Positions 9,491 through 19,979 are shown, counted from the first letter of the stretch. The stretch is DNA of 64,000 nucleotides from Oscillospiraceae bacterium (GCA_015063885.1 SVTH01000007.1:41566-105565); one strand, 5' to 3'. Made by a program: numbers and translations. Notes: generated by a model not told the origin, from the sequence alone.

Positions 9491-10158
9491 TTGATCACCG
9501 CCTTGTAGCCCAGCCCGTGAACGGTCTTGATCTCAAAATCGTCACAGTCCGCCAGCTTCCCCCGGAGCTTGGTCATATAGACGTCTACGGCACGGGGGGC
9601 GGTATCCGTATCCGCATCCCAGAACTCGTCCATGAGCTGAGTGCGGGTGAAGGTCTTCTTGGGGTAGGAGAGCAGCTTGTACAGAATGGAAAACTCACGG
9701 TTGGTGAGAGGGATCTCCTCCTCTCCCAGGTAAGCCGTATGCTCGTCGGCGTCCATCACGAAGCTTCCGATCTCCAGCTTGCGTCTGGAGGCGATCTTGG
9801 CACGGCGCAGCAACGCCCCGATACGCAAGAACAGCTCGTCCAGGTCGATGGGCTTCACCATATAATCGTCCACACCGATGCGGAAGCCCCTCTGCTTGGA
9901 GGCGATGTCGTCTCTGGCGGTCATAAACAGAATGGGGATGTCGCTGTTCAGCTCCCGCACGTTTCTTGCAAACTCAAAGCCGTCCACACCGGGCATCATA
10001 ATATCGGAAATAATGCAGTCGAACACCGTCTCGTAAAGGGCGTCGTAAGCCTCTGCGGCGGAAAGACAGCCCACGGCACGGTAGCCGCTGTGGTTCAGAA
10101 AGGAACAGACCGTTTTGTTCAGGTCCTTGTCGTCTTCAACGATGAGTATATGGAACAT
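9487..10158 (-). CDS. OmpR-family response regulator
   Basis: MFHILIVEDD...DIMMPGVDG...winged-helix C-terminus (TVHGLGYK). ATG at 10158 was chosen because of an upstream GGGAGGG. Confidence 0.9.
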   Translation of the reverse strand: MFHILIVEDDKDLNKTVCSFLNHSGYRAVGCLSAAEAYDALYETVFDCIISDIMMPGVDGFEFARNVRELNSDIPILFMTARDDIASKQRGFRIGVDDYMVKPIDLDELFLRIGALLRRAKIASRRKLEIGSFVMDADEHTAYLGEEEIPLTNREFSILYKLLSYPKKTFTRTQLMDEFWDADTDTAPRAVDVYMTKLRGKLADCDDFEIKTVHGLGYKAVIK

Positions 10159-10248
10159 ACTGCACCCTCCCATGGTATCGTTGCCTTTATCATAGCAGGC
10201 AAATGTTAAGATTTTGTTTCCGTTTTGATTTTTTGATAAAAAAAGACG

Positions 10249-10327
10249 CTTAAGAACCTTTCTTGAAAGAAAGGTTCTTAAGAATCTCCAAAGAACTTTT
10301 CGTGCCAAAAACTGACGTTTTTGGGAG
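10249..10327 (+). repeat. REP/MITE-like palindromic element, copy 1
   Basis: CTTAAGAACCTTTCTT-loop-AAGAAAGGTTCTTAAG AATCTCCAAAGAA ... CCAAAAACTGACGTTTTTGG. The same architecture occurs at 4 other sites. Confidence 0.85.
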
Positions 10328-10858
10328 TTAAAGAATACCTGCGTAGTCCTCTGCGCGGATGGCATCTCCCAACAGCTCCACCAGCTTGTCCGTGCTTTCC
10401 TCCACGGTTTCACCGTCCAAGGGCAAAATATAGTCTGCGTGGCGTTCATACAAGGGCGCCCGTTCCTCGTACAGATCCCGCAGGGTAAAGCCCTCCTGCA
10501 ACACCACGCCCCGGCGCTTGTAGTCTCCCAAGCGTTTTGCCATCTCCTCGTAGGAGATCTTAAGATACACCACCACGCCGTTTTTCTTCATCTTCTCGAT
10601 CACGTCCCCCCGGTAGATGGCACTGCCCCCCGTGGAGATCACACAGCTCCGCACGTCCAGGGAAGCGTTTACACGGGCCTCCAAGGCAAGAAACCCCTCG
10701 TTCCCCAGCTCCGCGATCAGATCGGGCAATAACTTTCCCGCCCCCGCCACGATGACGCTGTCGCTGTCGATGTAGCCGTAATGGATCTTTTTTGCCAACA
10801 GAATGCCCAAGGTGCTCTTTCCCGAGCCGGGCATCCCCACCAAAATAACGTTCTTCAT
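10328..10858 (-). CDS. aroK: Shikimate kinase
   Basis: MKNVILVGMPGSGKSTLG P-loop, DSD motif, about 176 aa. Confidence 0.9.
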   Translation of the reverse strand: MKNVILVGMPGSGKSTLGILLAKKIHYGYIDSDSVIVAGAGKLLPDLIAELGNEGFLALEARVNASLDVRSCVISTGGSAIYRGDVIEKMKKNGVVVYLKISYEEMAKRLGDYKRRGVVLQEGFTLRDLYEERAPLYERHADYILPLDGETVEESTDKLVELLGDAIRAEDYAGIL

Positions 10859-11105
10859 AATGACCTCGCAATTTTTCTGAAGGCAGTGTACCACATTTGA
10901 AGCAAAATGTCAACAAGCAGAGAAGGGTGTGATTGGATCCCTTTCCTTGATTCGGGCTTGTAGGGGGCGACGTCTCACCGCCGCAGGCGGTATCGGCGCC
11001 CCGCTTGCGTTGAGGGATCAAACGACTTTTTGCCGGCCGACCTGCGTGGGGTTTGCTTTGTTCTTTACGTAGATGATGTACCTTTTCCAAATGCTTTTCC
11101 TTCCT

Positions 11106-11189
11106 CTCCCGAAAACGACAGTTTTCGGCAATCGGTTTCTTTGGGGATTTTTAAGGGGTGTTTCTTTTTCCGAAAGAAACACCCCTTAA
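11106..11189 (-). repeat. REP/MITE-like palindromic element, copy 2 (inverted orientation)
   Basis: The reverse complement reads TTAAGGGGTGTTTCTTTCGGAAAAAGAAACACCCCTTAA AAATCCCCAAAGAA..TGCCGAAAACTGTCGTTTTCGGGAG. Confidence 0.75.
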
Positions 11190-11205
11190 ACGTTCTCTTA
11201 TTCTC

Positions 11206-11526
11206 TTATTCCAACCCCAAAGCCTTCAAAAGGTCTGCCTTGGGTAAGTACCCCACGGAGGTGGCAACGGTGCGCCCCTCCTTGATGAGCAACACCGTAG
11301 GAATGCTGTTGATGCCGAAGCGGGCCGCCAGGGTGCCCTCCTCGTCCACGTCCACCTTGCACACCTTCCACTCGGGATGCTCTTCTGCGATCTCTGCGAT
11401 CACGGGGGCGATCATCTTGCAGGGTCCGCACCAGGTGGCCCAAAAATCGATGATCACGGGTCTGTCACTGCAAAGCACCTCCGAAGAGAAGGCCTCTGCC
11501 GTCAGTTTTACTTCTGCCATTTTCAT
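11206..11526 (-). CDS. trxA: Thioredoxin
   Basis: WATWCGPCK active site, about 106 aa. Confidence 0.95.
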   Translation of the reverse strand: MKMAEVKLTAEAFSSEVLCSDRPVIIDFWATWCGPCKMIAPVIAEIAEEHPEWKVCKVDVDEEGTLAARFGINSIPTVLLIKEGRTVATSVGYLPKADLLKALGLE

Positions 11527-11539
11527 TTTCTCCTTTTCT

Positions 11540-11737
11540 TTATTTCTCTTTGTAATACAGCAAGCAGTGGCAGTACCCCTCAAAATCGGGATCCTTGATC
11601 TGCTCGCGGAACTCCTTGCACATACACTTGTATTCCTCTGCCTTGCCCATGCGGCAGGGGCAGTAGCCGTCCTTCTTCTCAAGCCCTTCCTTGATGGTAC
11701 GGACGATCTCTTCGTTTTCGTTCAATCGGATCTTCAT
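11540..11737 (-). CDS. Ferredoxin:thioredoxin reductase catalytic-subunit-like small protein
   Basis: 65 aa with CPC...CMC...CHC cysteine spacing, reminiscent of the FTR catalytic subunit. Lies directly upstream of trxA. Confidence 0.7.
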   Translation of the reverse strand: MKIRLNENEEIVRTIKEGLEKKDGYCPCRMGKAEEYKCMCKEFREQIKDPDFEGYCHCLLYYKEK

Positions 11738-11996
11738 ACCGTTTTCACATCCTTTCGACTCAGTATAGCACAGAGACAGGAAAAAAGAAAGAGAATCCTG
11801 TCAGCCTTTTCAAAAAATTCACATTTGTAACCGTCTTGTAAAACTGCGGTTTCTGCAACAGATGGGTGTCACGCAAACCCCTCTTTTTTTTACAAAATGC
11901 AGGGTTCTTAGGGGGATCATCCCCCTAAGCGGTTAAATCGTTCCTTCTCTCTAAAAGGGAAAGCACCCCCGAGGGAATCGGAGGTGCCCATAAAGC

Positions 11997-14591
11997 TTAG
12001 TTGCCGTAGTAAGCGTCCAGATACATCTGCTTCAGCTCGCTCATCAAGGGATAGCGGGGGTTAGCGCCGGTGCACTGGTCGTCGAAGGCCTGCTCCACCA
12101 TGTCGTCCAGGCGGGCAAGGAAGTCGGCCTCGTCGACGCCGTAGTCCTTGATGGTCTTCTTGATGCCTACCCTCTCCTTCAGCTCCTCCAGCTTGGCAAT
12201 CAGCTTCTCCAGCTTTTCGCCGTCGTCTGCGCCGGTGATGCCCAAAGCGGTGGCAACCTCAGCGTAACGAGCCAGGGTGTGAGGGTGATCGTACTGGGGG
12301 AAGGTACCCATCTTGACGGGAACCTCTGCGGCGTTGTACCGCATGATATGGGGCAGCATCAAGGCGTTGGCAACACCGTGGGGCAGGTGATGGAAGGAGC
12401 CCAGCTTGTGTGCCATGGAGTGGCAGATGCCCAGGAATGCGTTTGCAAAGGCCATACCTGCCATGGTGGCGGCGTTGGCCATCTTCTCACGGGCAACGGG
12501 ATCGTTGGGACCGTTGTCGTAGGCCTTGGGCAGATACTCAAAGATCATCTGCAAAGAGCGGATGGCCAGACCGTCGGTGTAATCCGTCGCCATGATGGAA
12601 GCGTAAGCCTCCAAAGCGTGGGAAACGGCGTCGATACCGGAAGCGGAGGTCAAGCCCTTGGGGGCGTTCATCATCATGTCCGCGTCTACGATGGCCATGT
12701 CGGGCATTAGCTCGTAGTCAGCCAGAGGATACTTGGTGTCGCCGTCGGTGATGACTGCGAAGGGGGTCACCTCGGAGCCGGTACCTGCGGAGGTGGGCAC
12801 CGCAATGAAGTATGCCTTCTCGCCCATCTTGGGGAAGGTGTAAACACGCTTACGGATATCCATAAAGCGCATCGCCATATCCTGGAAATCAGCCTCGGGA
12901 TGCTCGTACAGCACCCACATGATCTTGGCCGCGTCCATAGCGGAGCCGCCGCCCACTGCGATGATCACGTCGGGCTTGAAGGAAGCCATCTGTGCCGCAC
13001 CTTCCTTGGCGCAGTCCAGCGTGGGGTCGGGCATAACGTTGTAGAAGGTGGTGTGGACGATGCCCATCTCGTCCAGCTTACCCGTAATGGGCTTGGTGTA
13101 GCCGTTCTGGAACAGGAAGGTGTCCGTTACGATGAAGGCTCTCTTCTTGCCAAGCACGCTGCCCAGCTCGTCAAGAGCAACGGGGAGACAGCCCTTCTTG
13201 ATATAAACCTTTTCGGGAGCGCGGAACCAAAGCATATTTTCCCTTCTTTCTGCAACCGTCTTGATGTTGATCAAATGCTTCACGCCGACGTTCTCGGAAA
13301 CGGAGTTGCCGCCCCAAGAGCCGCAGCCCAGGGTCAGGGAGGGCGTAAGCTTGAAGTTGTAGATGTCGCCGATACCGCCGTGGGAGGAGGGGGTGTTCAC
13401 CACGATACGGCAAGCCTTCATCTTTGCGGAGAAGGCGTCCAGCTTTGCCTGCTGGGTGAGCACGTTGATATACAGGGAAGCGGTGTGGCCGTAGCCGCCG
13501 TCCTGAACCAGACGGTCAGCCTTTGCCATTGCGTCCTCAAAGTCGGAAGCACGGTACATGGCCAGAACGGGGGAGAGCTTCTCGTGTGCGAAGGCTTCTT
13601 CCAGCTCTACGCTTTCCACCTCGCCGATGAGCACCTTTGCGGCCTCGGGGCAATCAATGCCTGCCATGGTGGCGATCTTGTAAGCGGTCTGACCAACGAT
13701 GCCTGCGTTCAGCTTGCCGCCGGGCAGGATGGTGTTGCGGACAGCGTCCAGATCCTTTTCGGGAATGAAGTAAGCGCCTCTTGCGGCGAACTCTGCCTTC
13801 ACGGCGTCGTAAATGCTGTCAAGCACCACGACGGACTGCTCGGAAGCACAGATCATACCGTTGTCGAAGGTCTTGGAATGGAGAATGGAGCTGACGGCCA
13901 GCACGATGTTTGCGCTGTCGTCGATCACTGCGGGAGTGTTACCTGCGCCAACGCCTACGGCGGGCTTGCCGGAGGAGTAAGCCGCCTTTACCATGCCGGG
14001 ACCGCCGGTGGCAAGGATCAGATCCGCTTCCGCCATGATCATGTTGGTCAGCTCCAGGCTGGGCTGGTCGATCCAGGCGATGAGGCCCTCGGGAGCGCCT
14101 GCCTTCACAGCCGCCTCATTAACGATCTTGGCCGCCTCGATGGTGCTGGCCTTTGCACGGGGATGGGGGCTGATGACGATGGCGTTGCGGGTCTTCAGCG
14201 CCAAAAGGCACTTGAAGATGGCGGTAGAGGTGGGGTTGGTGGTGGGAATGACCGCCGCCAGAACGCCCACGGGCTCGGCGATCCGCTTCACGCCGTATGC
14301 CTTGTCTTCCTCGATGACACCGCAGGTCTTGGTGTTCTTGTATGCGTTGTAGATATATTCGGATGCGTAATTGTTCTTGATCACCTTATCTTCTACCACA
14401 CCCATGCCGGTCTCGGCAACTGCCATCTTTGCCAGGGGAAGTCTGGCCTTGTTGGCCGCCAGGGAAGCCGCCTTGAAGATGGCGTCCACCTGTTTCTGGG
14501 TAAAGGTGCTGTAGATCTGCTGGGCAGAGCGGACCTCTGCGAGAGTTTCCCGCAGGGTATCGGGCGTATTGACGATGCGATCCGTGCTCAT
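11997..14591 (-). CDS. adhE: Bifunctional acetaldehyde-CoA/alcohol dehydrogenase
   Basis: About 864 aa. N-terminal aldehyde dehydrogenase and C-terminal iron alcohol dehydrogenase motifs (GGGSAMDAAK, histidine cluster). The first ATG (14591) is preceded by GGAG. Confidence 0.95.
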   Translation of the reverse strand: MSTDRIVNTPDTLRETLAEVRSAQQIYSTFTQKQVDAIFKAASLAANKARLPLAKMAVAETGMGVVEDKVIKNNYASEYIYNAYKNTKTCGVIEEDKAYGVKRIAEPVGVLAAVIPTTNPTSTAIFKCLLALKTRNAIVISPHPRAKASTIEAAKIVNEAAVKAGAPEGLIAWIDQPSLELTNMIMAEADLILATGGPGMVKAAYSSGKPAVGVGAGNTPAVIDDSANIVLAVSSILHSKTFDNGMICASEQSVVVLDSIYDAVKAEFAARGAYFIPEKDLDAVRNTILPGGKLNAGIVGQTAYKIATMAGIDCPEAAKVLIGEVESVELEEAFAHEKLSPVLAMYRASDFEDAMAKADRLVQDGGYGHTASLYINVLTQQAKLDAFSAKMKACRIVVNTPSSHGGIGDIYNFKLTPSLTLGCGSWGGNSVSENVGVKHLINIKTVAERRENMLWFRAPEKVYIKKGCLPVALDELGSVLGKKRAFIVTDTFLFQNGYTKPITGKLDEMGIVHTTFYNVMPDPTLDCAKEGAAQMASFKPDVIIAVGGGSAMDAAKIMWVLYEHPEADFQDMAMRFMDIRKRVYTFPKMGEKAYFIAVPTSAGTGSEVTPFAVITDGDTKYPLADYELMPDMAIVDADMMMNAPKGLTSASGIDAVSHALEAYASIMATDYTDGLAIRSLQMIFEYLPKAYDNGPNDPVAREKMANAATMAGMAFANAFLGICHSMAHKLGSFHHLPHGVANALMLPHIMRYNAAEVPVKMGTFPQYDHPHTLARYAEVATALGITGADDGEKLEKLIAKLEELKERVGIKKTIKDYGVDEADFLARLDDMVEQAFDDQCTGANPRYPLMSELKQMYLDAYYGN

Positions 14592-14988
14592 AATGAATAA
14601 CTCCAATGGAAAAATTTCTTTTTTGAATCAAAAAACCTGTCTAATATTATTATATCGATTGTACCCTCCAAAAACAATGGTAAAAACCGAAAGTTTTCAC
14701 AAAACATAAGTCATGGTTTTGTGTATTGTGTCAAAAAACAAGGTATATCCCCGCTTTTTTGGCGGGGGAGGGGCGGCAAGAGATACGCCGCTTCTTGCAA
14801 AATGCCCGGGGCTGCGCTCCGAAACGAGCCTTGTGATCCATGAGAAATCCCGCCTCTTTTCCACTCTGAAAATGCAAGAAAACGGAAGTGTCTTGCAAAA
14901 ATACAATTTTCGTCAAAAATCTCCTTGTGCAATTTTACCATAACGAAAACGTCCCTCCCGCATGGGGAGGGAACGTCTTGCTTTTGTG

Positions 14989-17547
14989 TTATTGTACCAA
15001 GGTAACGGTGTAGCCCGCTTCCTTCAGTTGGTCGATGATCCCGCCCTCGCCGATGACGTGGGCAAGACCTACGGCAACGAATACCGTCTCCCCGGAGGAA
15101 AGATAGGCCTTGATGCCATCCACCATGATCTTGTCACGCCGGGTGATCATTTTGTCCGTGTATTCCTCGTAGTACGCCTTTTCCTCGGGAGTGGCGTCCT
15201 CAGGCAGGGGAGCGGACACAGCCTCTTTTAAAAGCTCTTCGTCCCCGCCGCACCAAAGCTGGTAAAGGTACCCGTTGGACATATAGCTTTCATACCGTCC
15301 CGCTTCTAAAGAGGATTTCAACAGGTAGATCTGAGTTTCCTTGGAGTAATCGGAAATTGCCGATAAATGTTCTTTGATATCTTCGATCTCGTAGATCTTT
15401 TTATCCTGCTCGTAGGCCAAGGTTAACAGACGCATATCTACCCCTTGCTCGGAGCTTATCAGATTGATGGAATCCAGATACCAGCTGTCCATGATTGAAG
15501 CGATGGCGGCCGGCTTCATGGTGTCTGTCTGCGCCCCATAGCCCATGGCAAACATGAGATCGGCTGTTCGTTGATAGAGCTCCTCATTCCCTAAATAAGT
15601 ACGTAGATCTGTGCCGTCGGAGAAGTAGTAGGAATTTTGGTAAATGTTATCAAGTTCCGGATTCTCTTCCAGAGCAGATTCAAAGGCTAACAGATCCATT
15701 TCCACTGCCATAGCATCTGCAGATTTCAAAGCACTGTAAATACTGTCCGGCAGGGCGGCTGTCAAGCCGTCTCCCACGTGGATGGTGCCAAGGAGGTAAG
15801 CTTCGTTCCCTTTGCCGTCAGTAACCTTATAGAACAAAGGCGCGGGTTTTTCCTCCTCGGGGAGTTGAGGATCGGCAGCAAACGTGCCGAATAGGGCGTG
15901 GTAAGCGGAGAGATCTCCTACTTCCGTATAGACATAACGTTCCATGGAAATATCCCCCTTGACTAGCCAGTGATCAAGAGTGGCTTCCATTACGTAATAC
16001 ATTGCGGTAAGATATCCGGTATCTTTATCCAAAGAAACTCTGCATTTAACGGTTTTGACGGACGCCGTTTGGATCACATGGTCGGACAAATCAAATTTGT
16101 CCCTCAGTGTCACCAAGCCTGCTGCGGCATATTGAGTGACCAGATCCCCCTCCAACAGAAGGAAATCTCCTAAGTCTTTGACGGTGAGGTTTTTAAATTC
16201 GCCGTATTGAGGAACGGGGATCGATGCTGCATGGTTATGCTCCAGATAATGCTTGAACATGCTTCCGAATGACGGAGAAATCTCTCCGGTTTCACTGATG
16301 GAGAAGCCTTGCCCGTTGAAATATGCCGAATAACTGACGGTGGGAGCATTGAAGGTAGAACGATTATGATAATGGGAACAGAACATAGCAAGGGATCCGT
16401 TTTCGTCGGGACAGGTGTTGACGGCGAGTTCTTCGTCTCTGGTCTCGCCATCGTGGTTGTGCAAATGGTCCGACATCACGGTGCGACCCACGGTGAATTG
16501 ATCCAGATGGATCGCAGCATACCGTAGCATGTATGGCAAAGAGAAGTCCGTTACGGAGATCGTTTCCCCCTCAATGGAGGTATGGAGCGTATTTGGATCT
16601 ATTGACTCCAAAGAAAGCGTTATGCGGTACGTCATCGTATAGCTGGCGGCTCCTTGGATGAAGGTGGCGGAGTATTCCATCTCCACATCAGAGTTTTTGG
16701 CGATCTGCAGCCACCCTTCGGCGCTGAAGGAGAACTCAGAATAGTCTTCTGTAATATAGGGCACCCAAAATTCGGGCGCATTGGCGTCTGAAAACAGGAT
16801 GCGGCCGCCACTGGATTCCATCACGCCGTATCGCTTTGGATCAAAGACACGGTAGGGGATCTGCCGCTCCATAAACTGCTCAAAGCTTTCCTCTGCTTGG
16901 TAGGTATAGTTCTCTCCTTCGATGTAATAGAGGGAGCTTCCGTTTTGATGGCATTCCGTGGCGGTGAATCCGGCGGATTCGACAGAAACGTTGGCGTATT
17001 TTGTAATGATTTGTGCGGTGGGTGTGTCGGTGTGCAAACCGGCAAATTTAGCGGTGGCGTTTGTCGTTTCGGTGATCAACGCGATTCCCACGTACTTTTC
17101 TGTGGAGACGGAGAGGGTCAAGGAAAAACTGTCTGCGTCCCGAAAAGCTTCAAAGGCCTCTTCATATGCTTGCAGAACCGCAGGGTCGTGGCTTACTTCC
17201 GGCAGGGAAACATCGTCTTCCTCTTCGGAAACGTCGCTTTCTTCTTCGGAAGTATCGCTTTCTTCTTCGGAAGTATCGCTTTCCTCGTCCGAGGTATCGC
17301 TTTCCTCGTCTAATGGATCGCTTACCTCTTCGGAAACGTCACTTCCTTCATCGGAGGGCTCGTCTGTTTCTGCAGGGAGAGAGCTTTCCGTGTCGGAGGG
17401 TTTATTTTCTTCGCGGGAGGTCAGGCTTTCCGCAAAGCTGCTTTCTCCCAAAGAGTCTTCTTGCTCGGGCTTTGCTTCGCAGGAAACCAACGCAAACAGC
17501 ATCAAGAGAGACAGAAAAAGTGCGAGTGATCTTCGGAACAGGCGCAT
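14989..17547 (-). CDS. Lipoprotein with a large unknown N-terminal region and a C-terminal TraB/GumN-family domain
   Basis: Lipobox LFALVSC. Acidic EESDTS(E/D) repeats. C-terminal YLLGTIHVGD...VAVGLAHVIGEGGI typical of TraB/GumN. AGGAGG RBS. Confidence 0.8.
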   Translation of the reverse strand: MRLFRRSLALFLSLLMLFALVSCEAKPEQEDSLGESSFAESLTSREENKPSDTESSLPAETDEPSDEGSDVSEEVSDPLDEESDTSDEESDTSEEESDTSEEESDVSEEEDDVSLPEVSHDPAVLQAYEEAFEAFRDADSFSLTLSVSTEKYVGIALITETTNATAKFAGLHTDTPTAQIITKYANVSVESAGFTATECHQNGSSLYYIEGENYTYQAEESFEQFMERQIPYRVFDPKRYGVMESSGGRILFSDANAPEFWVPYITEDYSEFSFSAEGWLQIAKNSDVEMEYSATFIQGAASYTMTYRITLSLESIDPNTLHTSIEGETISVTDFSLPYMLRYAAIHLDQFTVGRTVMSDHLHNHDGETRDEELAVNTCPDENGSLAMFCSHYHNRSTFNAPTVSYSAYFNGQGFSISETGEISPSFGSMFKHYLEHNHAASIPVPQYGEFKNLTVKDLGDFLLLEGDLVTQYAAAGLVTLRDKFDLSDHVIQTASVKTVKCRVSLDKDTGYLTAMYYVMEATLDHWLVKGDISMERYVYTEVGDLSAYHALFGTFAADPQLPEEEKPAPLFYKVTDGKGNEAYLLGTIHVGDGLTAALPDSIYSALKSADAMAVEMDLLAFESALEENPELDNIYQNSYYFSDGTDLRTYLGNEELYQRTADLMFAMGYGAQTDTMKPAAIASIMDSWYLDSINLISSEQGVDMRLLTLAYEQDKKIYEIEDIKEHLSAISDYSKETQIYLLKSSLEAGRYESYMSNGYLYQLWCGGDEELLKEAVSAPLPEDATPEEKAYYEEYTDKMITRRDKIMVDGIKAYLSSGETVFVAVGLAHVIGEGGIIDQLKEAGYTVTLVQ

Positions 17548-17568
17548 AAGCGTTCCTCCTTCTATAAG

Positions 17569-19875
17569 TTATTGTACCCGTGTAACGGTATACCCCAAGG
17601 CCGTCAATTGGTCCACGATGCCGCCTTCGCCGATGACGTGGGCAAGGCCGACGGCCACGAATACCGTCTCGCCGGACTCCAGGTAGCCGCAGATGCCGTC
17701 CGTCATGATCTTATCCCGTTCTACCACCATCTTTTGGCGGTATTCCTCGAAGTAAGCCTTCTCCTCGGGGGTGGCGTCGGGAGGAAGCTCCATGGCCACG
17801 GACTGCTTCAGATACTCCGGGATCCCGCTGCACCAGAATTGGTTCATAAATTCCGCGGAGAGGTAGTATTCATACCGCCCGCCTGCCAAAGCGGATTCCA
17901 GCAGGTAGATCTGCGTCTCGCGGGAATACCCGGAAAGGGCGTCGTAATGCTTGATGGGATCCTCGATCTCCAGGACCTTTATATCTTTCCCCATCGCCAG
18001 ATCCAAAAGGGTCTGATCCACACCCTTTTCGGGGGTGAACCAGTTGATGGAATCCAAATACCATTCCTCTATCACCGAGGCAACGGCGGCGGGCTTCATG
18101 GCGTCTCCGTACCCGCCGTAGCCCATGGCGAACAGCAGATTGGAGACCTTCTTGTACAGAGCGGGATCTTCCAAGTAGTCCTTCAACAGGGTGCCGTCGG
18201 AGAAGAAATAGGAATCGTCGTAGGCCTTGGCCAGCTCCTCGTCCTCCAAAAGCCGTTGCTCAAAGGTGTTCAGATCCAATTCCACCGCCAGGGCGTCGGA
18301 AGCGTAGAAGGCGTCCAGCACGTAATCGGGCAGATTGCTTGTGAGGCCGTTCCCCACGTGGATGGTGCCCAAAAGATAGGCGGTGTTGCCCTTGCCGTCC
18401 TCCACACGGTACAGCAAGGGGGAGGACTTGGGGCCTTGGGAGGGGTCGATCTCTCTGTAAGGCTCCCTATTGATGCGGTAGTAGGCGGAGGTGTCTCCCT
18501 TTTCCATGTACACGTTCCGCACCAGGTCAAAACCGCGGGGAGCATCGGTTGCGGGGAATGCGGCGGACAGGGCGTATTCCATGGCGGTGAAGTAGCCTGT
18601 GTCCCTGTCCATGGCAAGCCTGCAGGTGAGGCTTGAGACCACGGCGGTCTCGTAGCAGAATCCGTCGGAATCGTCCAGCTCCTCTGCCAAAGCGGTTCCG
18701 TAGGCGGCAAAGGACTCCTTCAGCTTTCCCTCCAGAATGAGGAATTCCCCTTCCTCCATAACGGCGACGCTCTCAAAATCCCCCAAGGTGGGGAGAGGGA
18801 TCTGCTGTAAGATCTCTCCGTTGAGATAGCGGTCAAAGTCCTCCGTCTGCTGTACGGGGGAGAAGTCCTCCTGCCCTTGGGCGTAATAGGCCTGCCCGTT
18901 TGTGTACTTACGGCGGGTGACCTCTGTCCTGACGCTTTCAAAGCCGGTATGGCGCTGAACCGTTTCCATGGAAAGCATGGAGGGGTTGCCGTCCCCATCC
19001 TTGCAGGTGTCCGTCAGCACTTCTCTGCTGATAAACCGAACGCCGCTGCCTGCGAATTGATCCAGGACCTGCACCCTCCCCCCGGAGAAAGCTTCAAAAT
19101 ATCCCGCGGCATAGGCCAGCTTGCAGGGCAGGGAAGCGTCTGAAACGGAGATGACCTCCCCCCGGGACGGGAGGGTCAGCTCCTCCGCCTTATGCTCGGC
19201 GGGGGAGAGGGTGACCCGATAGGTCATGGCGTAGTCAGCAGGACCCTGGGTAAAATTGACGGTGTATTCCATCTCTGCGGCCACGCCGTCCTTCAGCAGT
19301 ACCCATCCTTCTGCGGAGAAGGCGAAGATCCCCGCGGCGTATTCCGGGGTGATATAAGGCACCCAGGCCTCGGGGGCACTGCCTTCCGTAAAGAGAATAC
19401 GGCTGTCGTCCCTGGGATCCGGCTTGATCCTGCCGTAAAGATCCGGGTCAAGCATACGGTAAGGGATCTGCCGTGCCGAAAATTGGGCAAAGCTTTCCCG
19501 AGCCTGATAGGTGTACTCCTCCTCACTGATCCGACAGGTGGTGGTCCCCGATGCAAAATGCTCCTCGGTGGTCCATTCCTCGGGTGAGGTGTGATTCCCC
19601 GTGATCAGTACCGCAGGGGCATCGGAGGTCATCCCGCTGTACTTGGCGGTGTATTCCGACGTCTCCGTGAGATATTCCATCCCCACGCACTTCTCCGTGG
19701 TAACGGAAATCTCCATGGTGTAAGCGTCTGCCGTTGCATAATAGGACAGCCCCGCCTCATAAGCCTCCTCGGCGGCAGGATCCTTTTTGTATACCACCTG
19801 AGGATCGCAGGCGGACAAAGCAAGCAGTACCGCCAGCACCAAACAAATGGAAATCGTTCGTTTGAAAAGCTTCAT
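17569..19875 (-). CDS. Paralogous lipoprotein with a C-terminal TraB/GumN-family domain
   Basis: Lipobox LLALSAC. Collinear similarity to the neighbouring gene along its whole length (YLLGTIHVGNG...VAVGLAHVIGEGGI). Confidence 0.8.
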   Translation of the reverse strand: MKLFKRTISICLVLAVLLALSACDPQVVYKKDPAAEEAYEAGLSYYATADAYTMEISVTTEKCVGMEYLTETSEYTAKYSGMTSDAPAVLITGNHTSPEEWTTEEHFASGTTTCRISEEEYTYQARESFAQFSARQIPYRMLDPDLYGRIKPDPRDDSRILFTEGSAPEAWVPYITPEYAAGIFAFSAEGWVLLKDGVAAEMEYTVNFTQGPADYAMTYRVTLSPAEHKAEELTLPSRGEVISVSDASLPCKLAYAAGYFEAFSGGRVQVLDQFAGSGVRFISREVLTDTCKDGDGNPSMLSMETVQRHTGFESVRTEVTRRKYTNGQAYYAQGQEDFSPVQQTEDFDRYLNGEILQQIPLPTLGDFESVAVMEEGEFLILEGKLKESFAAYGTALAEELDDSDGFCYETAVVSSLTCRLAMDRDTGYFTAMEYALSAAFPATDAPRGFDLVRNVYMEKGDTSAYYRINREPYREIDPSQGPKSSPLLYRVEDGKGNTAYLLGTIHVGNGLTSNLPDYVLDAFYASDALAVELDLNTFEQRLLEDEELAKAYDDSYFFSDGTLLKDYLEDPALYKKVSNLLFAMGYGGYGDAMKPAAVASVIEEWYLDSINWFTPEKGVDQTLLDLAMGKDIKVLEIEDPIKHYDALSGYSRETQIYLLESALAGGRYEYYLSAEFMNQFWCSGIPEYLKQSVAMELPPDATPEEKAYFEEYRQKMVVERDKIMTDGICGYLESGETVFVAVGLAHVIGEGGIVDQLTALGYTVTRVQ

Positions 19876-19979
19876 GGAATCCTCCTTTTTCTCCCTTTTT
19901 TGACAGTATAACAAAAAAACCGCACCTCGTCAAGATTTTCGGGACGAGATGCGGATTTTAGGGGCGAAAAGTAAAAATC

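Noticed and set aside
14607-14988. Short ORFs (14697..14943, both strands) upstream of adhE
   Set aside because: They are mutually overlapping, lack an RBS, and lie in what is more plausibly the long adhE 5' untranslated/promoter region plus the terminator of the TraB-like gene.
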